A stretch of DNA of 64,000 nucleotides, taken from an uncultured virus (IMG/VR IMGVR_UViG_3300013004_000028) (Duplodnaviria; Heunggongvirae; Uroviricota; Caudoviricetes). Under the pieces are notes generated by a model. The model did not search any database. It was not told the DNA's origin and worked only from the letters and a program-made list of their open reading frames with translations. Positions within the stretch are counted from its first letter, which is position 1. Each line of letters begins with the position of its first letter. Below are positions 34,030 through 43,543 of the stretch, in pieces. The DNA is taken from IMG/VR virus record IMGVR_UViG_3300013004_000028. One strand, given 5' to 3'. Both the position numbers and the translations under genes were made by a program.

Positions 34030-34749
34030 TTAGTAAAATCTTTTAGCAAAATCTTCATCAAATGGTCGAATTTCTTCAATATTTAAGCAAATACATTTGA
34101 TTCCGTTGTAATTTGACTGATGAGATTTATGAAAATGGCCATAATGCCAAGTCTTTATTTTCTTTTCCTGATTTTCTATTAGAGAGTCTACCCAATCTTT
34201 AATAGACTGAGATTCTTTTTCTAGATCGGAAATTAAATCTTGATCATATTTAGCGAAAGCGACCACCATTTCCCCCTTAATTGGAAAGCTTGTGACCTCA
34301 GGAAAAGAAGAATGAGTCACTAAATGATTAATTTCAGTCTCTATTTTCTTAAAAGGCTTAAATGCCTCATCTTCCCAAATATCAATTTCATTTATTCTTT
34401 GAGATCTGTCAATGGAAATCGCTCCACCATTGAAAAGTATTTTTTCTCCATTCCAAGTAGCAATCGTTCCATCTCTTAGAAAATGTATACCTCCGTAATA
34501 ACCGCCATACATTCTACCATCGAAAAAAGATGGGTCATCGTGATTCCCTCTAACAACATAAACATTTTTGCTAAAGTTATTTAATTCTTGCCCTAATTGT
34601 GAAATTTTAGGCATAGAACCTTTAAAACCGACTCCAAAATCACCTACATGGATCAAGTTTTGAGTATCTCCGAGTTCAGCCCATCTTGAGATAGACCGAT
34701 TACTCCCATGGGTATCACCAATAATATCTATATTGCCTATAATATTCAT
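34030..34749 (-). CDS. Calcineurin-like metallophosphoesterase
   Basis: GDTHG, HVGDFG, RGNHD, THS, GHFH. Confidence 0.9.
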   Translation of the reverse strand: MNIIGNIDIIGDTHGSNRSISRWAELGDTQNLIHVGDFGVGFKGSMPKISQLGQELNNFSKNVYVVRGNHDDPSFFDGRMYGGYYGGIHFLRDGTIATWNGEKILFNGGAISIDRSQRINEIDIWEDEAFKPFKKIETEINHLVTHSSFPEVTSFPIKGEMVVAFAKYDQDLISDLEKESQSIKDWVDSLIENQEKKIKTWHYGHFHKSHQSNYNGIKCICLNIEEIRPFDEDFAKRFY

Positions 34750-34940
34750 TTAAATTTAATTTCGTTTGGTAATGACATCTCTAAATATTCTAAGTACTCA
34801 GCATTATCTTCTTCTTTACTCTTATCGTCAAAATCTATTTTTACTATTTTTAATGGTTTCGAGCTTAAAATTCTAGAGATTTTATCGTTTTCAAAGATTA
34901 GAGCCACATTTACAGGTCGATTTGATTCATTATAATTCAT
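34746..34940 (-). CDS. Hypothetical protein
   Basis: 64 aa, ATGA overlap. Confidence 0.6.
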   Translation of the reverse strand: MNYNESNRPVNVALIFENDKISRILSSKPLKIVKIDFDDKSKEEDNAEYLEYLEMSLPNEIKFK

Positions 34941-35029
34941 TTAATTCTGCTCCATTTAATTTTTTAGATTACAATGGATATACTTACGAAAAGGCAGAAT
35001 GTTATTACAGATATTTTATATCAGGAATC

Positions 35030-35815
35030 TTAAGTATTTTTATTAAAAAGCCAATTTAAATCAACTGTACTTCCATTTTCTTTCCACCAATCAGATATTA
35101 TGCTAGACGACTCTTTCTGGCTATTTTTATGTTCGGATTTAATAAAATCTGGATAGAAAGAAGATTTTACATTAATATTTTCAACAAATAAAGGGAATGT
35201 ATAAATATTTTCTTTATTAGAGACGTTGTATAAAACATTTTCAATGAAAGGGGTACTTTTAGGGAAAAATGGTAAATTTAAATCATAACTATTGTCGCCC
35301 TTAACATAACAATCTATAATTATTTTAGCATATTTTCTTGAAATTAAATAAGAACATGCAGACCAATTATCCCAATCATACTGATGGAGTCTTACATAAT
35401 CTTCTAATCTTTCTTTTACAAAAGGATCTTTAATTAAAGATAATTGAACTGCCAACCAGCCATTTGGTAAATTTTTAATTACATAATCCCAATCAAAAGA
35501 CCAATACTCATTCATGCTTAAAAGCAAATCGTCTTCACAAAAAAAACCATATTCATCATCAGAATTAAAAAACCAATCCTTGATAGCTTTTAAGTGAGAA
35601 AGGACAGCAGATATTTCTCCTGCGTTCATAAAACCCAGTAAATGACTTTCAACTTTTACATCTTCGCCTAATGGATTTTTTAGATTTTCGTAACCATAAG
35701 TGAAATTATAACTTAAATTATACTTTTCGCATTGTTTTATAAATAAAGATTGCCTTTCTTCTAATCTTTTTAAAGTTATGCAATTTATAGTAGGTAAATT
35801 AATTAAATTATTCAT
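35030..35815 (-). CDS. Glycosyltransferase family 25-like
   Basis: CITL....ER, SHLKA, CEDD, YLISR..A. Confidence 0.8.
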   Translation of the reverse strand: MNNLINLPTINCITLKRLEERQSLFIKQCEKYNLSYNFTYGYENLKNPLGEDVKVESHLLGFMNAGEISAVLSHLKAIKDWFFNSDDEYGFFCEDDLLLSMNEYWSFDWDYVIKNLPNGWLAVQLSLIKDPFVKERLEDYVRLHQYDWDNWSACSYLISRKYAKIIIDCYVKGDNSYDLNLPFFPKSTPFIENVLYNVSNKENIYTFPLFVENINVKSSFYPDFIKSEHKNSQKESSSIISDWWKENGSTVDLNWLFNKNT

Positions 35816-35962
35816 TTTTATTTAAATTTTTAGGATACTTTTCTCCTAACATTTTTCTTAAATATTGCAAGCAATTATCTGCCCATTCTTTTTTAGAAAT
35901 TTCCCCTGCTTTTAATTTTTTATATAAATCGGAATGAAAAGAAGAATTATATTCAGGATTTT

Positions 35963-36217
35963 TCATTTTTTACTATAAAGATGCTCTCTAATTTCGTTAA
36001 TATAACGACTTACAGACATTAAATTTTCAGATTGATCTCTCCTTTCTGAAAGAGCCTCTATCCAAGCTTCCTGTCCCTGAACATAATAATCTCTAGCATG
36101 GAAATCTATTTCTTCCCATTTTTTGACAAAAGTGTTAAAAGCTTTAGACAATTCATCGTATTGCTTGATCAAGCTATCTCTTCCTGTCCCATTAGAATGT
36201 ATACTAGGTAGTCTCAT
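35963..36217 (-). CDS. Hypothetical protein
   Basis: P.IH.NGT...L; FHARDYY. Confidence 0.75.
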   Translation of the reverse strand: MRLPSIHSNGTGRDSLIKQYDELSKAFNTFVKKWEEIDFHARDYYVQGQEAWIEALSERRDQSENLMSVSRYINEIREHLYSKK

Positions 36218-36265
36218 ACTTCAATATATCATATTAATTTTAGTTGTCAAACTTTTAATTACAAT

Positions 36266-36724
36266 TTAAAGCCAAGAGGGTTTTTCTCTTTTGCTCCATT
36301 TAAACAAATGAGTTTTGCCTACCCTGTAATAATCTTGATAGTCTGTCACTATGCACGAGGTTTTACATGCCTCAATAGCGCCAAAGCAACGAGGAGGATC
36401 AATAAATCCAGTGTCAGGCAGATTAGGCAAATTATCAGCGAACCAATCTGCAACATTTTGGCTTTTATGTTTTTTACCATATCTGTATGTATACTCGCCA
36501 CACAAAGCGTAACAATAATCTAAAGTCCAAATAAAGTTGTCGAGGCTAGATCTAACCCAGACAGCCATGGGATGATTAGCATGAGTGTGTTTGTAAGGAG
36601 CGCCTCCCTTAGGATAAGCTGTCGCCATCATCTGGCAAGCTTCAAGGATGATTTTTACCACATGGCGGTCCACATGGTACTCTGCGCATTTTTTTGGTTC
36701 AAGGTCAAGGAAGAAGATGTTCAC
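36266..36724 (-). CDS. Pyrimidine-dimer DNA glycosylase/DenV-like protein
   Basis: NIFFLD..P..CA.YH.D.HVVK..LE..Q, H.NHP..W, EY..RYGK.H. Confidence 0.8.
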   Translation of the reverse strand: MNIFFLDLEPKKCAEYHVDRHVVKIILEACQMMATAYPKGGAPYKHTHANHPMAVWVRSSLDNFIWTLDYCYALCGEYTYRYGKKHKSQNVADWFADNLPNLPDTGFIDPPRCFGAIEACKTSCIVTDYQDYYRVGKTHLFKWSKREKPSWL

Positions 36725-36794
36725 AGAATGAATATACTACTTTTCACAAGAAAATCAATAGCTTTTTTTCACAGAAAGCTAAAAAACTGTCAAA

Positions 36795-37196
36795 TGGTGG
36801 ACCTAGTGGGTAATGCTCCCACGTCTTTAATTCTTCCTCACCGATTAGTTACATGTTTTTCTTTTTTTTCGATAAAAGACAATCTATTTTCTTTTACTGT
36901 AAAACAACAGTCATTTTGAGAAAATGATAAACAAACTTATTTTCTTTAAATAAGCAAACTAGCTATTTTCTGTTTAAAGGAATAACTTCCCACCCTGCTA
37001 GACAGATGCCATTTCTGGACTGTATTTTGCAAGTACCTCGTCTGCTGAATTGAAGATGGCTTCAGCTTCGGCAATCAAGGCGTCGAACTCATTGGTTTCG
37101 GCATTTATTTGTTTTTTCCCGTTTTTTAAAGTGGCCAACGAGAATCCACTACATGCTAACCAGTAACTCGAAATTAAATCGAATCTATTTAGGCCC
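36795..37196 (-). ncRNA. ssrA: tmRNA
   Basis: 5' GGGCCTA pairs with 3' TAGGTCC-ACCA including G3-U; GATTCGA near the 5' end; ATAAAT-GCC resume context; tag frame 37102-36998. Confidence 0.85.
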
Positions 37197-37216
37197 AAAA
37201 ATTTCAAAGAACAGAC

Positions 37217-37507
37217 TTAAGGTTGTAAATTAAACCCAAAGTAAATAGGATTACCTTCCACAGGCAAATAAAGATCATCCACCGATTCTCCTAAACCTTT
37301 CTCAATCTTAGCTAAATCGTATAAAGTTTCAGATAAGGCATTGCCCTCTTCTTTCAATCTCAAAGCCTTTACATTAAAATAATCATCAGAAGAAGACAAA
37401 AATAATTCGATCTGATAACCAATATCAGAAGCTTGGCTTACTCTTTCTGGTAAAAACCTTTTCACCAAAGGCAAATAACAGTTTTCAATTTCTTGAATAA
37501 TTTTCAT
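37217..37507 (-). CDS. Hypothetical protein
   Basis: 96 aa. Confidence 0.7.
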   Translation of the reverse strand: MKIIQEIENCYLPLVKRFLPERVSQASDIGYQIELFLSSSDDYFNVKALRLKEEGNALSETLYDLAKIEKGLGESVDDLYLPVEGNPIYFGFNLQP

Positions 37508-37508
37508 T

Positions 37509-37961
37509 TTAGTCGTTTTTACAAATAATTAATTTAATTTCTGATTCTTCAAACAATTCGCTAAGCATAGAGATAATAACCTTCCAACTACCTCCAGATG
37601 TTTTACACCCCAGATCAAAAGGTATCGCGATTCTATATCCGGGTTTTAGATAAATTTTTAATTCTTCAAAAGCTAGATAAAAAGCTTCATAGTTTGTTTT
37701 TCTTCCTATTCCCTGAATTTTTTCAAAGCATAGGTTAAAAATCTCACCGTTTTTAGTTTTGATAAAACTGACCGAGCCTAGGCCTTGAGCCCTTAATAGA
37801 CTTTGGTGGCAAGATTTTAATAGTTCTGGATATTGAGAGAACAGAATCTTAGATGTAGAAGAATGGCCAGACCAATTGCTATTAACTCCATGAGCAATAC
37901 CATCAATCTTTTTTTCCTCGAACAATTCTATCAAGTTTGTTTTTTCTAATAGTTCTATCAT
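37509..37961 (-). CDS. Macro domain protein (Poa1p-like, divergent)
   Basis: IAHGVN, IFNL, IAIP..LGC...GGSW..I. Confidence 0.75.
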   Translation of the reverse strand: MIELLEKTNLIELFEEKKIDGIAHGVNSNWSGHSSTSKILFSQYPELLKSCHQSLLRAQGLGSVSFIKTKNGEIFNLCFEKIQGIGRKTNYEAFYLAFEELKIYLKPGYRIAIPFDLGCKTSGGSWKVIISMLSELFEESEIKLIICKND

Positions 37962-38167
37962 TTTAAATTTAGGTTTACCGAAAATAAATTCTTAACTTGA
38001 TATACTCTTGATTGCCTCCCAGCACCGACATTAGTTCTCTGAGAGATCTTATTGGCGAAACCAGTTTTCTCCATAATTTTAATTAAAATATAAAACTCTT
38101 GCAGGGTCAAATTTATATTTTCCAAAACAATAGATTCGTGTAATTCCTTAACTGTGCCAGTATGCAT
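37958..38167 (-). CDS. Small winged-helix-like protein
   Basis: GR.SRVY wing-like motif. Confidence 0.55.
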   Translation of the reverse strand: MHTGTVKELHESIVLENINLTLQEFYILIKIMEKTGFANKISQRTNVGAGRQSRVYQVKNLFSVNLNLK

Positions 38168-38301
38168 TTCTTGTGGTTTGTTTTAATTTTATACAAATTA
38201 TCAATCATCTACTAGTAGTTCTCAAGGGAATCTTACGCAAATTGTTATGCAATATTTTATACACTAGTATTTAATTGAAGATCTTATCTAAATTTATATA
38301 T

Positions 38302-38637
38302 TTAGCGTAATTTTACTAAATCTTCAACATTAAATCCAGTTGAATTGTAAGTGTAAATAAAATCATCAGGAAGAGGAGTATGGAACCCATCGAACTCTTT
38401 TCTAGAAGAAATATGATTCACAAACTCTCTAAATTCAGGTTCAATTTTCTTTGGGATCAAAGAATAAGGACTATTTAAAGCTCTAGCCATAGCAATTTCA
38501 ACACCTTTTTTCTTACTAGCATTTTCTCCCTTCATTGGCATAGAAAATCCTACGTGAACGACTCCTTTTGCTTCGTTTTTAACAGCAACAATAGTCCCTA
38601 CTAGTTTTTTATCCCGTCGAATATGTTGTATTTTCAT
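38302..38637 (-). CDS. Hypothetical phage protein
   Basis: VGFS...K.GV.IA..RA. Confidence 0.75.
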   Translation of the reverse strand: MKIQHIRRDKKLVGTIVAVKNEAKGVVHVGFSMPMKGENASKKKGVEIAMARALNSPYSLIPKKIEPEFREFVNHISSRKEFDGFHTPLPDDFIYTYNSTGFNVEDLVKLR

Positions 38638-38649
38638 TTTTATTTTTGT

Positions 38650-38868
38650 TTAATCTAAATCACTCATTTCTTTAATAATATTCAAAAGGTCATCCCTGCT
38701 TACTATAGTAGCTGGGACCTCAGCAGGAGGAACTAATTTAGAAGAATTTAAATGATCAATTAAATACGAACACTGACCCTTTCGATTCTCAAGTGACGTT
38801 TTTTCAACAGAAAAGATATTTTTACCGTTACGATAAGTTTTGACTAAAACAGTAGATAGTAATTCCAT
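38650..38868 (-). CDS. Hypothetical protein
   Basis: 72 aa. Confidence 0.6.
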   Translation of the reverse strand: MELLSTVLVKTYRNGKNIFSVEKTSLENRKGQCSYLIDHLNSSKLVPPAEVPATIVSRDDLLNIIKEMSDLD

Positions 38869-38893
38869 AAGTATTTTTTATTAACTAAATTTA

Positions 38894-39229
38894 TTAATCT
38901 CTGACATTTCTCATGCTTTCAGAGAAATAATCATACTCTTGCTGGAAGTCGATTTCCCATGTGCCGGGAGACAATTTAATATCATTATGCCTATCAGCTA
39001 TAGCGCAACGAACAGTGGTCTCAACTGAATTTTTTATAAAGCGCCTGTCCCCTTTTTTATAAACATTCACTCCGGGTTTTAGATCTACGACGTGATGGTT
39101 GCCCGTTACTTCGCTGTCAGCAATTACAACATATTTACTTTCGATTTTCTCTTGTTCAGCTTCAGCAGGGAGACGAGACGAAAACAAAACACATTCACCG
39201 TGAACGATAGCTTTTTTTAATTTTTTCAT
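38894..39229 (-). CDS. Conserved His-motif protein, usual partner of DUF6745-like genes
   Basis: HGE, A.SEVTGNHH, H..I.L.PG.W.I..Q.EYD....V.D. Confidence 0.75.
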   Translation of the reverse strand: MKKLKKAIVHGECVLFSSRLPAEAEQEKIESKYVVIADSEVTGNHHVVDLKPGVNVYKKGDRRFIKNSVETTVRCAIADRHNDIKLSPGTWEIDFQQEYDYFSESMRNVRD

Positions 39230-39300
39230 ATAAAGTAATAAGATGACTATTTGAGTATACACATTTTAGTGTTTTAGTCAAGACCTTTTTCAAAAAATCT

Positions 39301-39762
39301 TTATTTGTTTAAGTTTTTTATTAATGAATTACTGGAATTTATAACACCTTCTTTGATTGAAGTCCTAATCGTATTTCTCAAAGGTATTCTTAAAGAAGAA
39401 GTTACCGAATAAGAAAGAGAATTATCAATTAAATGACTCATGGGATTAAAAAAAGAAGAGTTTAGTAAATCCCAAGGTTCACGCCGAGTTTTTGCCAAAA
39501 GAGACATTTCTGTTAAATATCTTGTTTTTGCAATTACTTTTTGTTTATCAATATCCGCATTCATCTCTCTGATTTTAGATTTTATTAATGGATACGCTTT
39601 AATACCATTAATATTTTCTGACATAGGATTTATGAAGGACAACATTATACCTGATGCATTTTCAATCTCGCAGGATGACAGTAGAGAGACCCAAAACTCT
39701 TTTAAGATAGGATCTCTCAATGAAGCCCGAGCAGATTCGCCTAAAATAGAATTTTTAATCAT
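39301..39762 (-). CDS. Ser/Asn/Ile-rich protein (appears to be two fused mini-paralog units)
   Basis: NPMS occurs twice; ends LIKNLNK. Confidence 0.65.
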   Translation of the reverse strand: MIKNSILGESARASLRDPILKEFWVSLLSSCEIENASGIMLSFINPMSENINGIKAYPLIKSKIREMNADIDKQKVIAKTRYLTEMSLLAKTRREPWDLLNSSFFNPMSHLIDNSLSYSVTSSLRIPLRNTIRTSIKEGVINSSNSLIKNLNK

Positions 39763-39991
39763 TATTTAAATATTCTTTAAAATAAATACTGTTTAATTCT
39801 TCGACTACATTCCTACAACATGTTGGGTCCATAGAATTAGGGATCAATAAAGATCTCCAATGAAAATCTACTATATTTTTCCTAAGACTACTTTCAAGTG
39901 AAGAATTAATAGAGTCCAAAATAGGCCTACGAATACTGGAATTATATTCCCTTGGTAAAAACCTAATTTTATTTTTCAGTCTATATGACAT
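39755..39991 (-). CDS. Ser/Asn/Ile-rich mini-protein
   Basis: Ends YLNND; its AATGA supplies the next start. Confidence 0.6.
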   Translation of the reverse strand: MSYRLKNKIRFLPREYNSSIRRPILDSINSSLESSLRKNIVDFHWRSLLIPNSMDPTCCRNVVEELNSIYFKEYLNND

Positions 39992-40003
39992 ATAAGAAAT
40001 ATA

Positions 40004-40960
40004 TCAAGAAATCGAAAGGACATTTAACTCTCTGCCCCGGAATCTTTCTTTAATAGCGTCTTGCAGGGACCTGCAACGAGGAGAGACAGCTTCAACATGC
40101 CAAACTCCAGTAGTCTGATTAAGCATTTTCAAATGCGGAGCGAATTTCACCCCTACAAATAATTTCTTCATATCCCAAAGTTCATACTCAGATTTTGTCC
40201 ACCACTCCTCATCGTAATTTTCATAAGTGTCTATTTTAGTGCCCAACTCTAACATTCTCTCTACGCCGTATTTTTTGACAAAAGCCATTTTTACATCAGC
40301 ATTTTTAATAGAATTATAATACTGAATATTTAATTCATGAGATGGAGTTTCAGCCAATTCTTGAGGAACTGTTATTCCATCCAGTGACCATACATTGGGA
40401 GCGAAAGCTCCTGCATACTCAATAGCTGGACCATCGCTATCTGCATGGACTTTCCCTTCTTCATTGATTTTAATCTTCAATGGCTTTTGAGAGACAATAC
40501 ATACATGATCAAGAGGGAAAATCATTCCAAGTTTAGTAGAGTCTTCCCAAATTTTATATTTAGCTAAAATATCATCTTGAACTTTAATTTTCAATTCATT
40601 AAAGACATAATCATAAAAAGAAAATAATGATGCACCGAAAGATCCATCTAGAAACGGATTAACAAAATCAGCAAGTTTCATTCTCGTTTTACCACTTACG
40701 TAGTCCTCAACTCTCCCTAGGATCTCATTGACAGGAGTTCCCTCTAAAGCAATGTGACAGGCAATCCATGCAAGAATAGGATTATCTACAATGATAACCG
40801 GTGTTTTTTTTCGATTCAGTAGTTCCGTTTGAATCTTATTAACAATATCTAGAGTCTCGTCATAGTCAAGACGGTCTGTATTATGACCGATAGCAATCCA
40901 TTTTTTAATGTAATCCGCTTTAGCAGCTTCGTTTTCAGGAGTCAAAGATTTAATTTTCAT
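40004..40960 (-). CDS. DUF6745-like phage protein
   Basis: KI..LTPE.....W..IG..T..D; C...KP...N..G..H...GPAIEY; N.D.....YGVER. Confidence 0.75.
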   Translation of the reverse strand: MKIKSLTPENEAAKADYIKKWIAIGHNTDRLDYDETLDIVNKIQTELLNRKKTPVIIVDNPILAWIACHIALEGTPVNEILGRVEDYVSGKTRMKLADFVNPFLDGSFGASLFSFYDYVFNELKIKVQDDILAKYKIWEDSTKLGMIFPLDHVCIVSQKPLKIKINEEGKVHADSDGPAIEYAGAFAPNVWSLDGITVPQELAETPSHELNIQYYNSIKNADVKMAFVKKYGVERMLELGTKIDTYENYDEEWWTKSEYELWDMKKLFVGVKFAPHLKMLNQTTGVWHVEAVSPRCRSLQDAIKERFRGRELNVLSIS

Positions 40961-40964
40961 ATGT

Positions 40965-41171
40965 TTAAATATTTTTATATTGTTTATTTTCTACTTCTTT
41001 ATATTCTAAAACTTTTTCGACATCTATACAGTTTAAAGCTTTTCTTTTTAACGAATGAGGACAATTAGCTCTATAAGCCTTCCAGACAATTTTACCATCA
41101 TAATTTTGCAATTTAATGTGCCAATTTTTGATTAATCTAATTTGATTTCTTTTTTTATTTTGAACAGTCAT
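40965..41171 (-). CDS. Hypothetical protein
   Basis: 68 aa, ATGA overlap. Confidence 0.55.
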   Translation of the reverse strand: MTVQNKKRNQIRLIKNWHIKLQNYDGKIVWKAYRANCPHSLKRKALNCIDVEKVLEYKEVENKQYKNI

Positions 41172-41350
41172 TTTATGAGGTTCATAATTTTATATTTCAA
41201 CGGATCTATAATGCTCGCCGAGATCTCTCCGTCAAAAAAAGCATTGTCTATTATAAAGTCAACACTTTCTTTTTTAGAAATATTTGTGTACTCATGATCA
41301 TCTTCAAATTTTTGTTTACACAGATCTAAATATTGATTAATCGTTTTCAT
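41168..41350 (-). CDS. Mini-protein, end of coupled chain
   Basis: Start inside the LNE codons of the upstream gene. Confidence 0.6.
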   Translation of the reverse strand: MKTINQYLDLCKQKFEDDHEYTNISKKESVDFIIDNAFFDGEISASIIDPLKYKIMNLIK

Positions 41351-41570
41351 TTAATTTATCAATTATATCATTTATTGAAAGATCTTTAACCATATTATTA
41401 TCTGGATAGTTTATTAAATCATAAATTGAGCGTCGAATAGAAAATGCATTAAACGAAGAATGAAAAATTAAATCATTAATTAAAAACAGAAAAGAACCCT
41501 GTATTCCAAGGCACACTTTATGACCAATTATATCATTGACTTTATACTCGTTAATATTAGAAATTTTCAT
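41337..41570 (-). CDS. Coupled mini-paralog
   Basis: Ends IIDKLNEND. Confidence 0.65.
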   Translation of the reverse strand: MKISNINEYKVNDIIGHKVCLGIQGSFLFLINDLIFHSSFNAFSIRRSIYDLINYPDNNMVKDLSINDIIDKLNEND

Positions 41571-41769
41571 TTAATTTGTTAATCATTTTTTGTGTTAATC
41601 TTCCAATTGAATTCCCGAATGGATTTTCAACTAAATGATAAATTGAATCATCTGTTAAATCCTCAATTGAATGAAGAAATGGGTTTTGTATTAAATTCAA
41701 AATTTTCCATTTAACTGAATCATAAACTAAATTATAAGTTCCGTAACAGTACAAACTAAAACTTTTCAT
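41557..41769 (-). CDS. Coupled mini-paralog
   Basis: Ends MINKLNENF. Confidence 0.65.
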   Translation of the reverse strand: MKSFSLYCYGTYNLVYDSVKWKILNLIQNPFLHSIEDLTDDSIYHLVENPFGNSIGRLTQKMINKLNENF

Positions 41770-41953
41770 TCAATTGATCTATTAAATATTCTGTTGAATT
41801 ACAGATTGAAATGAAATAACTATCAGAAAAATCTACGATTGAGTTCTCAATAGAAGGAATTAATGGATTACTGATAGCGTATAAGATTGAATCCCAGACT
41901 GGAATTTTTACAGAACGCGAAACTCTACCATGAAGCGGATTAAAATCAATCAT
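41756..41953 (-). CDS. Coupled mini-paralog
   Basis: Ends LIDQLNEKF. Confidence 0.65.
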   Translation of the reverse strand: MIDFNPLHGRVSRSVKIPVWDSILYAISNPLIPSIENSIVDFSDSYFISICNSTEYLIDQLNEKF

Positions 41954-42155
41954 TTAATTTGTTAATTGAATTTATAGATTGACGCAAGATTTTATTGCCA
42001 GTCGAAACTTGTACAACATTAGAAACAGTATTTTTAACTAAATAATAATTTGAATTTCTGAATGAACTGTATATAGAATCTATAGATGAAGAATCACTAA
42101 TAGAATGGAATATACGTTCACTGATTGTAATTTTTATGTTATAAAGATTTCTCAT
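41946..42155 (-). CDS. Coupled mini-paralog
   Basis: Ends SINKLND. Confidence 0.65.
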   Translation of the reverse strand: MRNLYNIKITISERIFHSISDSSSIDSIYSSFRNSNYYLVKNTVSNVVQVSTGNKILRQSINSINKLND

Positions 42156-42360
42156 TTAGCTTTTTAATTAAATTTAGTTCTTTAATCGAATTTATAAATG
42201 AATCCTCTACTGAATTTTCACTTGAACCTCTCACTTTCGAAAATGTTGACTCCGAGAGAGAACAGAATAGTGAATAGTCAATCGAATTATAAATTATTAA
42301 ACAAATTTGATTGTAAACAGATTCATTTATTAATTTTTGAACTTTATTAATACTTTTCAT
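42139..42360 (-). CDS. Coupled mini-paralog
   Basis: Ends LIKKLNEKSL. Confidence 0.65.
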   Translation of the reverse strand: MKSINKVQKLINESVYNQICLIIYNSIDYSLFCSLSESTFSKVRGSSENSVEDSFINSIKELNLIKKLNEKSL

Positions 42361-42520
42361 TCATTTTTTTAACTAAATTTTTAGCAGAATCTTTTACTGA
42401 ATATTTGACAGGATCTCGACCCATAAAATATATAGGAGAAAAAAGATAATTCTTTAAAGAAAAAAGGGAATCTAATCCGCTAATTGAATTATAAACTGAT
42501 GTCCAAATTTTATTTTTCAT
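42347..42520 (-). CDS. Coupled mini-paralog (57 aa, below ORF-track cutoff)
   Basis: MKNKIWTSVYNS...LVKKMNEKY translated by hand. Confidence 0.65.
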   Translation of the reverse strand: MKNKIWTSVYNSISGLDSLFSLKNYLFSPIYFMGRDPVKYSVKDSAKNLVKKMNEKY

Positions 42521-42704
42521 TCAATTCTTTAATTAATTTTTGAGCAGAACTTTGAATTAAATTTTCAGAGGAATCTCTAACTGGAATTTCAATTAGAGTA
42601 TAAATTAAATTTTGGACTGAATAATCAACAGAGTGACGTAGAGAATTATAAAGTAGATTTGTTATTTTATTCCTTACTTCCCATCGTATATGAACACTTT
42701 GCAT
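42510..42704 (-). CDS. Coupled mini-paralog
   Basis: Ends LIKELNEK. Confidence 0.65.
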   Translation of the reverse strand: MQSVHIRWEVRNKITNLLYNSLRHSVDYSVQNLIYTLIEIPVRDSSENLIQSSAQKLIKELNEK

Positions 42705-42921
42705 TTAAATTATCTATAAGAATTTTTGATGAATTTTGAATAGCTCGCCATATAAAATTATTAACTGCATGTCCAACAGAATCCTGAAAAGAATAAAGAG
42801 TTGGATTTAGCATTGAAGTCGAAATTGATTTCCACATTAAATCAGAAATTAAATTACTTGTTTTAATAAGTTTTTCATTTACTTGATCATTATAAATGCG
42901 AATTTTATAAGAAGGTTTCAT
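42667..42921 (-). CDS. Coupled mini-paralog, first in chain
   Basis: LIDNLNA supplies the ATG at 42704. Confidence 0.65.
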   Translation of the reverse strand: MKPSYKIRIYNDQVNEKLIKTSNLISDLMWKSISTSMLNPTLYSFQDSVGHAVNNFIWRAIQNSSKILIDNLNAKCSYTMGSKE

Positions 42922-42933
42922 TCTTTGTTTACT

Positions 42934-43317
42934 TTAGTTAGACTCCCAATCTCCTTCGCCATTTGTGAAATAAACATTTTTAAAATTTAATTGATTCAAC
43001 ATATTAGAACAGCATTCGCAAGGCTTACTCTGATTGAACTCTCCATTCCTGTCAATCCTTAATACAGCCAAAGAATATTTTCTGCAATCAGTCTTACCAA
43101 ATTTAATGGCCGCAGCAAGTTCTGCATGGAGACGAGAGAAATCTTGATACCCATATTTTTTAATTTGAGGATGAGTCTTTTTTGAATTCACCCCTATTGA
43201 TAATATATTATTACCTTTAAAAATAAACGCAATATGGAAACACCTGCTCTCACGAGATAAGTTATCCCAAGCTAAAGTTTTAATTCTTTCTAAAACTTTT
43301 CTTTTTTTAATTATCAC
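42934..43317 (-). CDS. Zinc-dependent cytidine/dCMP-type deaminase
   Basis: H.AF...GVN, LHAE, SKPCECC. Confidence 0.85.
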   Translation of the reverse strand: MIIKKRKVLERIKTLAWDNLSRESRCFHIAFIFKGNNILSIGVNSKKTHPQIKKYGYQDFSRLHAELAAAIKFGKTDCRKYSLAVLRIDRNGEFNQSKPCECCSNMLNQLNFKNVYFTNGEGDWESN

Positions 43318-43526
43318 TTTTTGTCCTTTAAGAATGAGGAATCTATAGACTTGAGTATACTTGCCAATGCTTCGATTTCTGAACCTTTAGTCTCTTCTAC
43401 TAAAACCACTTTTTCATTTGAATTGTCAACGACTTCTAATAGCCAAGACTTTTCTCCAAAATCTATACGTTTTAGGAAATTTACACTATAACCATAATAG
43501 TTTATAATACTAAAGGGAATGCTCAT
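43314..43526 (-). CDS. Hypothetical protein
   Basis: 70 aa. Confidence 0.6.
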   Translation of the reverse strand: MSIPFSIINYYGYSVNFLKRIDFGEKSWLLEVVDNSNEKVVLVEETKGSEIEALASILKSIDSSFLKDKK

Positions 43527-43543
43527 TTCTCATGACTGTACTG

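Noticed and set aside
36998..37207. 69-aa CDS in the ORF track
   Set aside because: It overlaps the tmRNA; its 3' half is the tag reading frame.
30375..42921. Diversity-generating retroelement behind the mini-paralog arrays
   Set aside because: No reverse transcriptase and no TR/VR pair with adenine-specific differences seen.
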